Position numbers and translations under genes: made by a program
The notes under the pieces: generated by a model
Told to the model about the DNA's origin: nothing
Databases searched by the model: none
The model's input: only the letters and a program-made list of their open reading frames with translations
Shown: positions 37,948 to 49,000 of the stretch, piece after piece
Position numbering within the stretch: position 1 is the stretch's first letter
Layout of the letters: the number at the start of each line of letters is the position of its first letter
Assembly: GCA_003554965.1 (NCBI GenBank)
Contig: PWHR01000046.1
Span: 56,149 to 120,148, forward strand
From: Thermoplasmata archaeon
GTDB taxonomy: Archaea > Thermoplasmatota > Thermoplasmata > Halarchaeoplasmatales > Halarchaeoplasmataceae
DNA: 64,000 nucleotides
Reading direction: 5' to 3'

Positions 37948-40900
37948 TTACTCTTCGAAAGTAACAGTTTCGTCTTTCTCTTCGAACATCTCTTCTTCCT
38001 CTGGTTCACTTTTATCCTGTTTTTTCATTACCACCGTAAAGATCGCTATTATCACTGCAAGTATCGCCAAGATCATTCCGACTATTCCTAGGTTTCTTGC
38101 CATATCTACATCGTCTTCAAGGTCTGAAATGTCGTCTTCGATATCTGCTATGTCGTCCTCTAGTCCAGCTATATCGTTTTCGATATCTGCTATGTCATCC
38201 TCTAGTCCAGCTATGTCATCCTCTAGTCCAGCTATGTCATCCTCTAGTCCAGCTATGTCATCCTCTAGTCCAGCTATGTCATCCTCTAGTCCAGCTATGT
38301 CGTCTTTTATGTCCTCTATATCTCCTTCGAGAGCATCTAGCTCGTCCCACAAGTCATCTACCTGGCCTTGTAGATCGTCTTCGAGAGCATCTAGCTCGTC
38401 CCACAAGTCATCTACCTGGCCTTGTAGATCGTCTTCGAGAGCATCTAGCTCGTCCCACAAGTCATCTATCTGGCCTTGTAGATCGTCTTCGAGAGCATCT
38501 AGCTCGTTCCACAAGTCATCTATCTGTGTATATAAATCCTCTATATCGCCTCTCAGATCATCTATCTCTGGTATGTAGGATGCAGTAAGCTCTTTGACTA
38601 CCTCATTGCCGGCCTCGTCTTCAGCGACTATCTCGATGTAGTTATCGCCTTCTTCTAGTGTCACTGTTTCCTCGAAGCCGAACTCTTCGTCCAGTTCAAC
38701 TGGCTCATCATTTATCCAAACTGTTACTCCCTCTTCTGTCTCTCCGTATATAATAGCTTCATCAGTCTCGACATCGTTTTGTAGATCTATGTTAAGCATC
38801 GGAACTGTGTTGTCGACTTCGAATGTGACTTCGAATTCATTGGTATTACCTTCCTCATCCTCTACTTCCATGTGATAAGTGTGACTTTGTTCAGCCAAGA
38901 CCACTGGTAGTTCAAATTCGACTTCCGGTTCTCCTATGTCTATATATCCGTCTTCCCACCAACCGTCTAAACTCAGATGGGCCGAATATAGGTTCTCAAC
39001 AGGATGTTCTTCTGCAATCTCTCCAGATATGACCAGTGAATCTCCTTGTACCACGTCGCCTTCTTCTGGATCTAAGATCATTTCGACTGGAACTTCTTGA
39101 GGCTCAAAAGTCAGTACAACTCCTGTTTCTTCATGATCTTCCCACTGTGTGACAGCTTTGAACTCATAAGTTGCACCTGTTTCTAAACCTTCTAGAGTCT
39201 CCTCAAATTCACCAACATCTTCCATCACCTGTTCTTCAGTTTCGTTCCATTCATCACCCGGGAACCTGAATCTAAAGAATACATCTACTTCGGTTACATT
39301 CTCTGGCATGCTCAAAAGTTCACCATTTAGTGAGGCTTTTTCCTCGCTAATTATAGTGGAGGGCTCTGTAGATACAATAGAAGTGCTTAATTCAGCAGAG
39401 AACTCTTGATAAGGTTCATGCCCTGATATCTGATGACTCTGGAGAGCGATCATGTAAGTTCCAGATTCCAGCATATCTCTCTCCAAGGCAACGTATCCCT
39501 CACTTCCTAGATCCGTGTAGTCAATAGTTTCTAGGGTATTAACGCCATATCGATCTATCATGTCCCAATCATTGGTCACGATGCTAAACGGATCTTCCTC
39601 ATAAGGTTCTCCAAGTTCTAGCAGATCATGTTCCGCTCCACCGAGTAGGAAAGCTGTCATATCACTCATCGGATCGTCCCATTCGAGCTCTAATTTTACA
39701 TCGCTATCTACGATGTCTTCCGTCAAGTGGAACGTGTAGAATCTCCAGTCTCCATTCAAGCCGCCTTCCCAGCTTCCGTACAATCTGTCGTTCCTGTATA
39801 TACCGAAGTCCTCTTCAGCATCGCCGTCTCCGGCTCCGAAGTGCATCGGTTCTGCCAGATCTGTGTGTTCGCCAACGGTTATCGTGATGGGTATCTGCAT
39901 CGTTCTATCATTCGTAGTGTCTTCTAACATCATCTTTCCGCTGTAGATTCCTTTAGGGGCCTCCTCGGGTACTTCGGCGGTGATATTATACTCTAATGAA
40001 TCTTCAACTGGTATGCTTCCTTCTGGTTCATCGATCTCTATCCAATCCCATTCTACCTGGTTGTACATCTCTATATTCAAAGTGAAATTGAATGACTCAG
40101 GTATGGGATTTTCTTCAGTAGCTAATAGATTATCGATCTGTAATATAATACCATCTTCAGCTCTCTCTAACGCATCATGTATGGTGAAATAATCACTCGT
40201 AAGCTCTTCTCCCACAGCCGCTAAAGTAGCGAATGTGTAGCCGATCCTGTTTCTCTCTTCCCAACCATCGTAAGAACTGTTATCGTTAACGTCTTCCCAG
40301 TTATAGATTTGTGCGATAGCATAATCCCATTGATCTTGCTCTTCAAGTGGTGTGTGTGTGCCGAACCTCAAAAGATCCGCTTCTTCTGGATCGTCAAGTT
40401 CTACCAACAAGTCGCTGATATTCCAGTTCTCATTATCTTCGTCGTATTCCAGCTCATAAACACCTGTTTCGTTGATCATGACCTGTGGTTCTATTGGTCC
40501 GGTACCACTGTTTAGCTCGACGGATGCGTTATCTTCTTGTTCCATTCTGTAAGGGGTCATCTCGTAATCTATATCTTCATCGTGCCAATTGTGCAAGGTC
40601 ATCTCGTCCGTCACTTCTTCACCGGGCTCCATCATGTTCACGTGATGCTCGACATGTTCACCCATCTCTGGGTTCGTACCGGGTCTCCACTGGAACTCTT
40701 CAGAATAGAGACCGCCCTGAGCTATCTGTACAGAATCATATGCATTGGCGTCGCCAGGACCCTGCAGATTAGGAGTGTTGTTTATGTCGTCGGCTCCCTG
40801 CATAACTATGTTCTTCAATGTTTCAGCTGTAGGAGCTTCACCATGTGCGTCCTCATAAGCCTCGTAAACTAAAGCGGCGATACCGGCAGCGTTCGGCGCC

Positions 40901-42807
40901 GAAAGGCTAGTTCCGGACCAAAGTGTCCAGGAATTGTTGCCTTGGAAATCTCCGATATTTTCAAGCTGTTGATTGAGTGGATCTCCACCGTATCCGAACT
41001 GCCCATTGGTCATTATGTCCGGACCGTGTGAACCTTTAGAATGCGGACCTGTACTTGTCATGCCAGTAACATCACCATACCATGGATTTGGACCGCCATC
41101 GTCCATTCTCCACGGATCGACTCTATACATCTGATTTCCGGTCGCGCCGACAGAAAGTACGCCTTGAGCACCTGAAGGCGCGCTAACAGTTCCGAATCCA
41201 CTACCTGAATTACCCTGAGAGTTTATGAACAGTGTGTTTTCAGTGTATTGAGTACCGACATAGTCGAACAACCTTTCGTAGAAGTTGAAGCCACCGTGAT
41301 TCTCATCGATGGTCCGTCCGAAGCTGCTGGAAGCGATATCAGCGGAATCGCAGGTTATCTCTACATCACCTGTGTAGCCTTCAGCAGTGAAGAACAGAGA
41401 CGAATATGTTGTAGGTACTGCGTACTGATCTATACTCAATGGATTTTCGGGTGGCAGATAATCAAAGAACCTGCCCATCGGGATTATGGTCGCGTTCGGA
41501 GCCATACCTCTCGGAAGGCCTTCTCCTGGTTCACCTGGTGGATATGGACTTTCTCCAGGCACTAAAATATCTTCTTCAGGAACGCCCGTAACGGCTTGAC
41601 CAGCTACGGCTGATGCGGTCCAAGTTCCGTGAGCACCCATAGAGCCGAACTCGTTGAAGTCGCCCATGAGAGCCACCATGTCGCCGTCTTCGGGTGTGGT
41701 GTAGAAATCTTCACCTACTACAGCTTCCCATGCATCTTCTACATCAGGATCCATTTCTCCAATAGTTCCTGGCGGATATCCCATGTAGAGATTGATGATC
41801 TTGTTCATCGTATCTCTGAAGTGATCCATGTAGGGTATAGCTCTCTCGCCGTCAGACACGAAGTAAACCATACCACCTGAGATGTCAGCGATGTCGTCTC
41901 CAGTCACATCTTTGGTGATCATTTCGGATTCCGGATCTTCTCCGTCTATCCATGCTCCAGTTTCCTCAACGAATTCTTTATCATTCTCAAGGTCCACATA
42001 TACATTCGTCCAATCGCCATCATCGTTCTGTGTCAAAAGGACTGCTGGTCTCTCTTCGTACCATATGTGAAGTTTCTCGTCGGGATGATCACCGAATCTT
42101 ACTTCTTCCTCGGCTTCAGCGACCTCAGTGACGTTGTAAGTTTCGTCTCCGTAATCGGCCCATATATATCCCTCATACTCATAGGTCTCCGTCTCGTAGC
42201 TAGTATCAACATACCAGCTGTTATCTTCAAAATCAGGCATGACTTCGTAATCTTGACTTATCTCCCCATCGAATGCATAGTCAGCCATAGAGACCGGATC
42301 AAAGGCTATCGGATGACCGTCATAGGCTTCATACTCATCAGGCATCGTATCCTCGTCATACTCGAATACAGCGTGGGTCCCGATCAGATCAGGGTGCGCC
42401 ATGTCGAATCCGGTATCCATGAGAGATACAGTTACGTTTTCTCCCGTTATGCCCATGTCATGGACCGGCTCAACTTGATGCTGGTCTATGGTGTGGGGAT
42501 CGGTTAACAAGTCCTCCGATGAGGATAATCCTTCTCTAGATACTTCAGAGCCCGATAATATCTCTGTCAGTTCAGGGTCTAGAACGTCCGGTCTATCCAC
42601 TGGGTCAGTAGGATCTCTCTCCTCAATATTCTCTAGAACTTCTTCCAAAAGCGCTGGATCACTTTCCGTTTCCTCTTCTGAGAGTGCGGTTTCTGTATCC
42701 TGCGCGTGAACTCCAGTTACTCCCGCCGTTAGAACGGAAAAAATCAACAGTGCCGCTATAACAGTAGAAATCACTATACTTCTTTTTCTATTCTTTTTAA
42801 CATTCAT
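37948..42807 (-). CDS. Giant secreted/membrane-anchored protein with subtilisin-like S8 peptidase domain (paralog family, SPEARE-like)
   Basis: 1619 aa. Strong RBS GGAGGAG. Signal peptide present. S8 triad reads SLMDTGFD / HGTWTASAVAG / GTSLSAPNAAGIAAL with a large insert. Acidic beta-sandwich domains follow. C-terminal coiled coil built from perfect repeats, then MARNLGIVG + TM + acidic tail ending FEE. Confidence 0.85.
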   Translation of the reverse strand: MNVKKNRKRSIVISTVIAALLIFSVLTAGVTGVHAQDTETALSEEETESDPALLEEVLENIEERDPTDPVDRPDVLDPELTEILSGSEVSREGLSSSEDLLTDPHTIDQHQVEPVHDMGITGENVTVSLMDTGFDMAHPDLIGTHAVFEYDEDTMPDEYEAYDGHPIAFDPVSMADYAFDGEISQDYEVMPDFEDNSWYVDTSYETETYEYEGYIWADYGDETYNVTEVAEAEEEVRFGDHPDEKLHIWYEERPAVLLTQNDDGDWTNVYVDLENDKEFVEETGAWIDGEDPESEMITKDVTGDDIADISGGMVYFVSDGERAIPYMDHFRDTMNKIINLYMGYPPGTIGEMDPDVEDAWEAVVGEDFYTTPEDGDMVALMGDFNEFGSMGAHGTWTASAVAGQAVTGVPEEDILVPGESPYPPGEPGEGLPRGMAPNATIIPMGRFFDYLPPENPLSIDQYAVPTTYSSLFFTAEGYTGDVEITCDSADIASSSFGRTIDENHGGFNFYERLFDYVGTQYTENTLFINSQGNSGSGFGTVSAPSGAQGVLSVGATGNQMYRVDPWRMDDGGPNPWYGDVTGMTSTGPHSKGSHGPDIMTNGQFGYGGDPLNQQLENIGDFQGNNSWTLWSGTSLSAPNAAGIAALVYEAYEDAHGEAPTAETLKNIVMQGADDINNTPNLQGPGDANAYDSVQIAQGGLYSEEFQWRPGTNPEMGEHVEHHVNMMEPGEEVTDEMTLHNWHDEDIDYEMTPYRMEQEDNASVELNSGTGPIEPQVMINETGVYELEYDEDNENWNISDLLVELDDPEEADLLRFGTHTPLEEQDQWDYAIAQIYNWEDVNDNSSYDGWEERNRIGYTFATLAAVGEELTSDYFTIHDALERAEDGIILQIDNLLATEENPIPESFNFTLNIEMYNQVEWDWIEIDEPEGSIPVEDSLEYNITAEVPEEAPKGIYSGKMMLEDTTNDRTMQIPITITVGEHTDLAEPMHFGAGDGDAEEDFGIYRNDRLYGSWEGGLNGDWRFYTFHLTEDIVDSDVKLELEWDDPMSDMTAFLLGGAEHDLLELGEPYEEDPFSIVTNDWDMIDRYGVNTLETIDYTDLGSEGYVALERDMLESGTYMIALQSHQISGHEPYQEFSAELSTSIVSTEPSTIISEEKASLNGELLSMPENVTEVDVFFRFRFPGDEWNETEEQVMEDVGEFEETLEGLETGATYEFKAVTQWEDHEETGVVLTFEPQEVPVEMILDPEEGDVVQGDSLVISGEIAEEHPVENLYSAHLSLDGWWEDGYIDIGEPEVEFELPVVLAEQSHTYHMEVEDEEGNTNEFEVTFEVDNTVPMLNIDLQNDVETDEAIIYGETEEGVTVWINDEPVELDEEFGFEETVTLEEGDNYIEIVAEDEAGNEVVKELTASYIPEIDDLRGDIEDLYTQIDDLWNELDALEDDLQGQIDDLWDELDALEDDLQGQVDDLWDELDALEDDLQGQVDDLWDELDALEGDIEDIKDDIAGLEDDIAGLEDDIAGLEDDIAGLEDDIAGLEDDIADIENDIAGLEDDIADIEDDISDLEDDVDMARNLGIVGMILAILAVIIAIFTVVMKKQDKSEPEEEEMFEEKDETVTFEE
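38144..38301 (-). repeat. Perfect 21-nt tandem repeat (about 7.5 copies) encoding DDIAGLE heptads
   Basis: gtcatcctctagtccagctat is repeated head-to-tail. Confidence 0.9.
38326..38541 (-). repeat. Perfect 54-nt tandem repeat (4 copies) encoding DDLWDELDALEDDLQGQV
   Basis: tcgagagcatctagctcgtcccacaagtcatctacctggccttgtagatcgtct is repeated 4 times, with only synonymous or conservative changes. Confidence 0.9.
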
Positions 42808-43008
42808 TTTTCTCCTCCGTTCGGGATCTTAGGCGAAAACCTTTGATCCCTTAAAATCAAATTAGCTTATTATTATATATGTTTTACGGGAATATGGACT
42901 TCATTCGAAATAAGACGATTTGAAACCAAGATCGACTGATTAGATTATTGAACGTGACTTTTTTCCTTAAAATGATTGAGTTGTTAAACAAATTAAAAAA
43001 AGAAAAAA

Positions 43009-43059
43009 AACAAGAAAAAGAAAGAGGTTTTTGATTGTTTATGTGTTTACTTGGCTGTT
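43009..43059 (-). terminator. Conserved 3' element / oligo-U terminator downstream of giant gene 3 (diverged copy)
   Basis: aaaaaaaacaagaaaaagaaagaggtttttgattgtttatgtgtttacttggctgtttt is related to the other two 3' blocks. Confidence 0.4.
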
Positions 43060-46000
43060 TTACTCCTCGAAAAAATCAGTCTCTTCAGATTCCCCTACCA
43101 TCTCTTCTTCTACTGGTTCACTTCCGCCTTTCTTCTGCATCACTGCGAAGACCGCTATTATCACCGCTAGTATCGCCAGAACTATACCGACTATTCCCAG
43201 GTTTCTAGCCATGTCGATGTCGTCCTCCTGATCTTCTTCTACGTCTTCCTGGTCTTCCTTGAACTCTTCTAAGTCATTCCTTAACTCATCGATGTCATCT
43301 TCGAGCGCCGTTATATCGTCCTCTATATCAGCTATGTCATCTTCGATCTCTGCTATGTCGGCCTCTATGTCATCTATGTCTACTTCAAGTTCGTCTATTT
43401 GACTTTGTAGATCTTCTTCTACCTCTTCAAGATCATCACTTAGTTCGTCTATCCATCCATCGAGATCATCTATTTGACCTTGGAGATCTTCTTCTAAATA
43501 ATCAAGATCATCTCTCAGATCGCCTATGTCTTCTTCAATAGCATCTATATCTGTCTCAATGGTCTCAATTGAATTCCAAATCTCAGGTATCTCGGGCAAG
43601 TATAGTGCAGACACTGTAGTTTGCCTATGATTTCCTGCTCCATCCTCTGCAATCACTTCGATCACGTTTTGTCCTTCAACAAGCATCAATGTATATGAGA
43701 AATCTCCTTCCTCGTCGACATCGACCATTTCACCGTCAATCCATAGTTCAGCTTCAGGATGTGTCGTTCCTTCGATCATCAGTTCTTCTTCGTAAGTTAG
43801 CTCTTCAATTCCATCTTCTGGAGAGGTGAATTCGATGTCTGGCGGTGTAGTATCTATGGTGAGGTCCACCATCTCTACATGTTCGTTACCTGCATAATCT
43901 GTTGCCCTTACATAGGCGGTATTCTCACCGTCGGGGACACCATTGAACGTATGGGTTTGAGGTTCTACCTCTTCGTCTTCAGTATGGGCAGCAACGACTC
44001 TATCGTCTTCAGCACCGCTGTAAACCACTCCTTCAGAGGCATGGATGTCTCTCACGAAGTGTTCGTGATGCTCGTGAGACCACAACATTTCACCATCTTC
44101 TGCATCGGCGGCTAGCACTCTCTCATCATCTCCACCGCTGAAAACCATACCCTCACATTCAGAAAGGGCATAGATTATAGCGTCTTCGTGATGTGTGTGA
44201 CTCCAGTCTTCTTCACCGTCTTCAACGGATGCCGCTACAACTTCACCGTCATTGCCAGCGCTGTAAACCAGCTCTTCAGAAGCATGGACCGCATATATCG
44301 GACCGACATGATGCTCGTGCTCCCAGATCATATCTCCATCCTCAGCATCAGCCGCGATCACGGTATTTCCTTGGCCTACTGAACCGCTGTAAACGACTCC
44401 ATCGTGAGCATCAACATCGAACACAGCTTCTCCATGGTGGTCGTGTCTCCAGATTTCTTCACCGTCATCTAAATCAGCTGCTATGACATTTCCACCAAGG
44501 CCTCCGCTTACTATCATATCATCGACTACTGTCAAAGAGTAAACTCCCATATCGTGATGGTCATGTGTCCATAATTCTTCGCCTGTATCAGCATCTGCTG
44601 CTATAACCGAACCATCAAAACAACCACTGTAGACGACTCCATCATGTTCCACTATTCCATATACAGCGTTTGTGTGCTCATAATGGCTCCAAAGAACTTC
44701 TCCTGTTGCTGTGTCATAAGCGATCACTTCACCAGGTTCACCTAATCCTATATCTGCACCGCTGTATATCACTCCATCCGACTCGTAAACTGCTTCTACT
44801 TTTCCATCGTGTTCACTATGTTCCCATATCATTTCACCGGCCTGAGCAGGTGGTTCCGGAGCATCATAGTCTATCCATCCAGTGTCTTCTAAACGCACCT
44901 CTATCTTCTCAGCTTCACCTAGTACGTTCCAAGCAACTTCAACACTGTCTTCAGCGATCTCTTCTCCTTCAGCTGGGCTCACTATATCTAACTCAGGAGC
45001 AATAGTATCCACTGTAAACATAGCTTCCTCGGTTCCTTGATTACCTGCTTCGTCTGTCGCCCTTACCTGAACAGAATGTTCACCATCTGGGAGGTCAGTC
45101 AATTCATACCATGTTCTATGACCAACTTGTATCCAGTCATCCTCAATCGGTGACCATACCTCATAGTATTCTATCGAGGTCGTTTCCTCGTAACCTATCC
45201 ATTGCACTGTAACCTCGCCTTCGTCGAAGTATTCTCCATCTTCAGGATTTGCTATTAATATCTCAGGAGGAACGGTATCAACTATGAATGTGACTGAGTC
45301 TATAGCCTCATTACCTGCATTATCAACTGCCTTGACCTCCACTGTATGTTCGCCTTCACCTAATTCTTCAAATTCAAAGCTGGTATCATCTCCAACGTCC
45401 ATCCATTCCTGTTCTTCTAGACACCAGACTTCGAAATGAGATAGTCCTGAGTACTCGTCTTCACCAAACCATTCAACTGTCACATTTGAAGTATCTAACA
45501 CTGCATCCTCCTCAGGATAGGTTATCTCTATCGTTGGAGGTTCTTCATCTTCGATGATCTCAAAAGTTTCACTGGTATCTTCATCATAGTAACTTATTAC
45601 ATCCACGACTTCAGCCCTTATCATAGCCTCATCTGTAGGATGATCAGGAACTTTCCATGTATATTCACCCGTATCCTCAAGACCTTCCGCTATAGTATTC
45701 CAGCTGTCACCACCGTCAACGCTGTATTCAAGGTTTACATAGTCGATGTCTTCATCTCCTTCAATAGTGTTCCAATCAAGGTCCTGTTCTGAATAATGGA
45801 ACCATTCTTCCCCTCCTTCAGGAGTGGTAATTTCTATCTCAGGAGATTCAACATCTGGATCACCAGGTTCATATTTCGAATTCTCGTTGTCCTCTTCCTG
45901 TCCATAATTATCAACAGCTCTTACCAAGTACCAATAGAACGGTTCACCTGCAGCATCCTCGTCGATATACTCGTATTCCGTTACATCTTCGTCTGCCTCT

Positions 46001-49000
46001 ACAGTAGCTATCGGATCATCCCAAGGACCACCTTCATCTTCAGATCTGTATACATTGTATTCGTCTATCCTGTATTCATCGGGGCTCTCTACCCATGTTA
46101 TCTTGTTGTGATCTTCTTCGTGCTCATGTACACGTACTCTTTGTGGAGGCTCTACCATAGGTGGTAAAGGTTCTTGGGCCGCATCTTCGTTCTGCTCTTC
46201 CATCTCATTCAATGCTACCGCTCGGACCACATACCACAAGCGAGTGTCGTTTTGAGCGGGACCCATATCAGGATCTAGGTACCAATAATCTTCTGAGCCA
46301 TCCGCTGGAACAGTATCTATGAGTGCTTCTTCATCCCATGGACCTGTTTCCTCGTCAGCTCTGTATATGTTGTAATGTGTTACTTGTTCAGGAGCGTCCG
46401 CAGGATCATCAGGGCTCGCATCCCACGATAGTACATTGTGATCTAAACCATCCTCGTCCACCTGTTCAACATTGACCTCTAACGCCCAGCTATCATCGAA
46501 TCCTAGTCCTATCAACTCGTCCCAGGTCTCACCGTCCATGCTTATATATCCTGCATCCTCGAGATAACCTTCTACTGTGCCGGTAGGTTGGAATCCATCA
46601 CCGATATCTTCGACCTCTAGAACTACCCAATAATAGCCAGAATCTATACTGACGGGTTCCATGAGAGGTATTTCGTTCCATTCTTGTTCATCGAACTCAG
46701 TCATGGTTTCAGTTTGACCGAGCATCTCACCCGGAGAGTCACCTGTATCTTCATGTATCGTACCTGTGATCGACTCCGCATCATCCCATTGGTAATACGC
46801 TATATCCTCAACTTGTCCTCTAGGCAATTCTATCCTCATCGCAGTCCAGTATTCCCCAGGTCCGGTCAAACCGATAGCATTATCGGCCTCAGGCCTATGG
46901 TCATCATCGTACATCCAGTGCCATTCTTCCTCTAAACTACCGTGTTCTACTTCCAGGTTCTCCGGCTGTTGAGGAGGCTGCCCTACTATCTCGAACTCTT
47001 CGCTCGTGTTTTCATGGAATCTACCATATTCGTCTACAACTCTCGCCTGTATCATAGCTTCATCACTGGGCCAATTCGCTACTTCCCACTCATATTCGCC
47101 GTCATCTTCAAGTATGTTGTCGATCTCGGTCCAAGTTTCTCCTCCATCTGTACTGTAACTCAAATGATCGATGTAATCTATCTCTACTGGTTCATCGTTC
47201 TCTTCGGCTTCTTCTGTTGTCCACATTATGTCCTCCAGATCATAAGCGTCCCAAACTGAGTCAGCATCAGGTTGATCTATGGTGATCTCAGGAGTCTCAA
47301 CATCTGGATCACCGGGCTCCTGCTTCGCTTCTTCGTTCTCCTCTTCTAATTCATTGATCCCAACAGACCTTACCACATACCAGTAGTATGGCTCTTCTGC
47401 AGCATCTAGATCGATGTATTCGTACTTTTCAGAACCGTCAGCTTCTACACTGCCTATAGGTTCGTCCCATGGACCTTCCATATCTTCGGCTCTGTAAACA
47501 TTATAATGACTGACCTCGCCTACATCTTCGCTGGGGCTAGCATACCATCTAAGTTGATTGTTCACGGGTTCATCCCGCTCTATCTCAACTGTCATCTCGA
47601 TGTCATCGATGCGCCAGCCTCCGTCCCATTCGTCCCAGTCATGGGTAGAAGCTATCCAAGCTATATTAACCGTTTCTCCGGCGTATTCATCTAGATCGAC
47701 TGTCACTTCTTCCCAGTCTTCAGATCCCCACCAAGCCGGGAGACCTTCCATTGGATTATCAAAACCTTCATTGAGTTCTCCATCGTAACCGGGTTCTGGA
47801 TCATCGATGAGTCCAAATTCCTCTCCATCGGTAGAGATCAACAAAGTGCCTCCATCCCATTCTGGCTCCATATCTCGCCAGTGCTGGAATGAGAATTCCG
47901 CACTCTCGGCTTCAGTCAAGTCGATCGTCGGAGAGACCAACCAACTATCATCACCGACCTGTTCGTAAGTCTCGTTTCCCCAGTCCCAGGACTGTTCACC
48001 TACTGCAGCACCGTGATCTCTTATATCCCATTCGTTCACTTCATCCATGGTCATGTATCCTTTATCTTCGGAAACGTTGTCTTCAAATATCGTATCGAAC
48101 TCAGTATAATGATCTTCAACTAACAGGCTCTCCGGAGGCTCAGGCGGCACTCCTTCGATAGTAAATTCATCTGAAACAGCTTCTCCGTAACCTCCTTCTT
48201 CGTCTATCACTCTGATACGTATCTGAGCTTCGTCGACTTCAGGTTCTGTAGGATTTATAACGTCCCAGGTGTAGGTACCCTCATCTTCTTCTAATGTAGC
48301 TATGTTATTCCATATCTGACCTCCGTCCGTGGTATACCATAGGACCGCTTTATCTATATCATAATCACCTGGAGTGGAATCCCAAATGATATCCTCTTCT
48401 GTATGACCGACCCACACAGTATCTTCTTCGGGTTCTTCTACCTCTACCGTAGGTGGATCATGTATCATCTCTGCTTCTTCAGCATTGTGAACTGCTAAAG
48501 CATAATCTTGACTTGTCTCTCCTATATTTACTGCATCTGCTACGATGTTCGCCCCGGTCACTCTGACAGAGTAATTTCCAGCAACTAAATCCTCAGGCGG
48601 GATATACACGTTCTGTACATTGTTGGTGTCGTCCCAACCGTCGCCCTTTCTATCGAAAACTTCCATAGTGTCCTCATTCGGCTGAGTCCAACCTTCTTCG
48701 AACGCGTTTCCTTGATAGACTTCTCCTTCCGGTGATACGACCTCTAGATTCAGATCGTTCATCAGAGTAGGATCGTCGAAAGCGTCAGGTGGAGCTGCCT
48801 CATCGGCCCACCCAAGAGTTACCTTCATCGGCTCTTCAGGATCTTCATGTTCCACTGTATATTCGTGATATTCCCCACTGTCGGTCAGTTCTTCTTCCTG
48901 ATCCACTGTGTAGAAGGGGAGTTGATCCTCTTTTGGATATTCGAGCTTGGAGATGTCTACCATACCCCAACCTTCGTCTCTATTAGGGATCGGGCCTTCA

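Noticed and set aside
38144-38301. Regular 21-nt direct repeats that superficially resemble a CRISPR array
   Set aside because: The repeats are contiguous with no spacers, are in frame and encode heptads within a long ORF. They are too short for CRISPR repeats and no cas genes are nearby.
38097-38588. Two overlapping plus-strand ORFs (163 and 149 aa) with repeated LCHPLVQ / MSSSSPA units
   Set aside because: They are antisense artefacts of the perfect 21-nt and 54-nt tandem repeats in giant gene 2.
42808-43059. 250-nt AT-rich spacer between giant genes 2 and 3, checked for a mobile element or integrase remnant
   Set aside because: It contains only the gene 2 promoter/RBS (GGAGGAG) and the gene 3 3' terminator element. 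There are no inverted repeats or transposase fragments.
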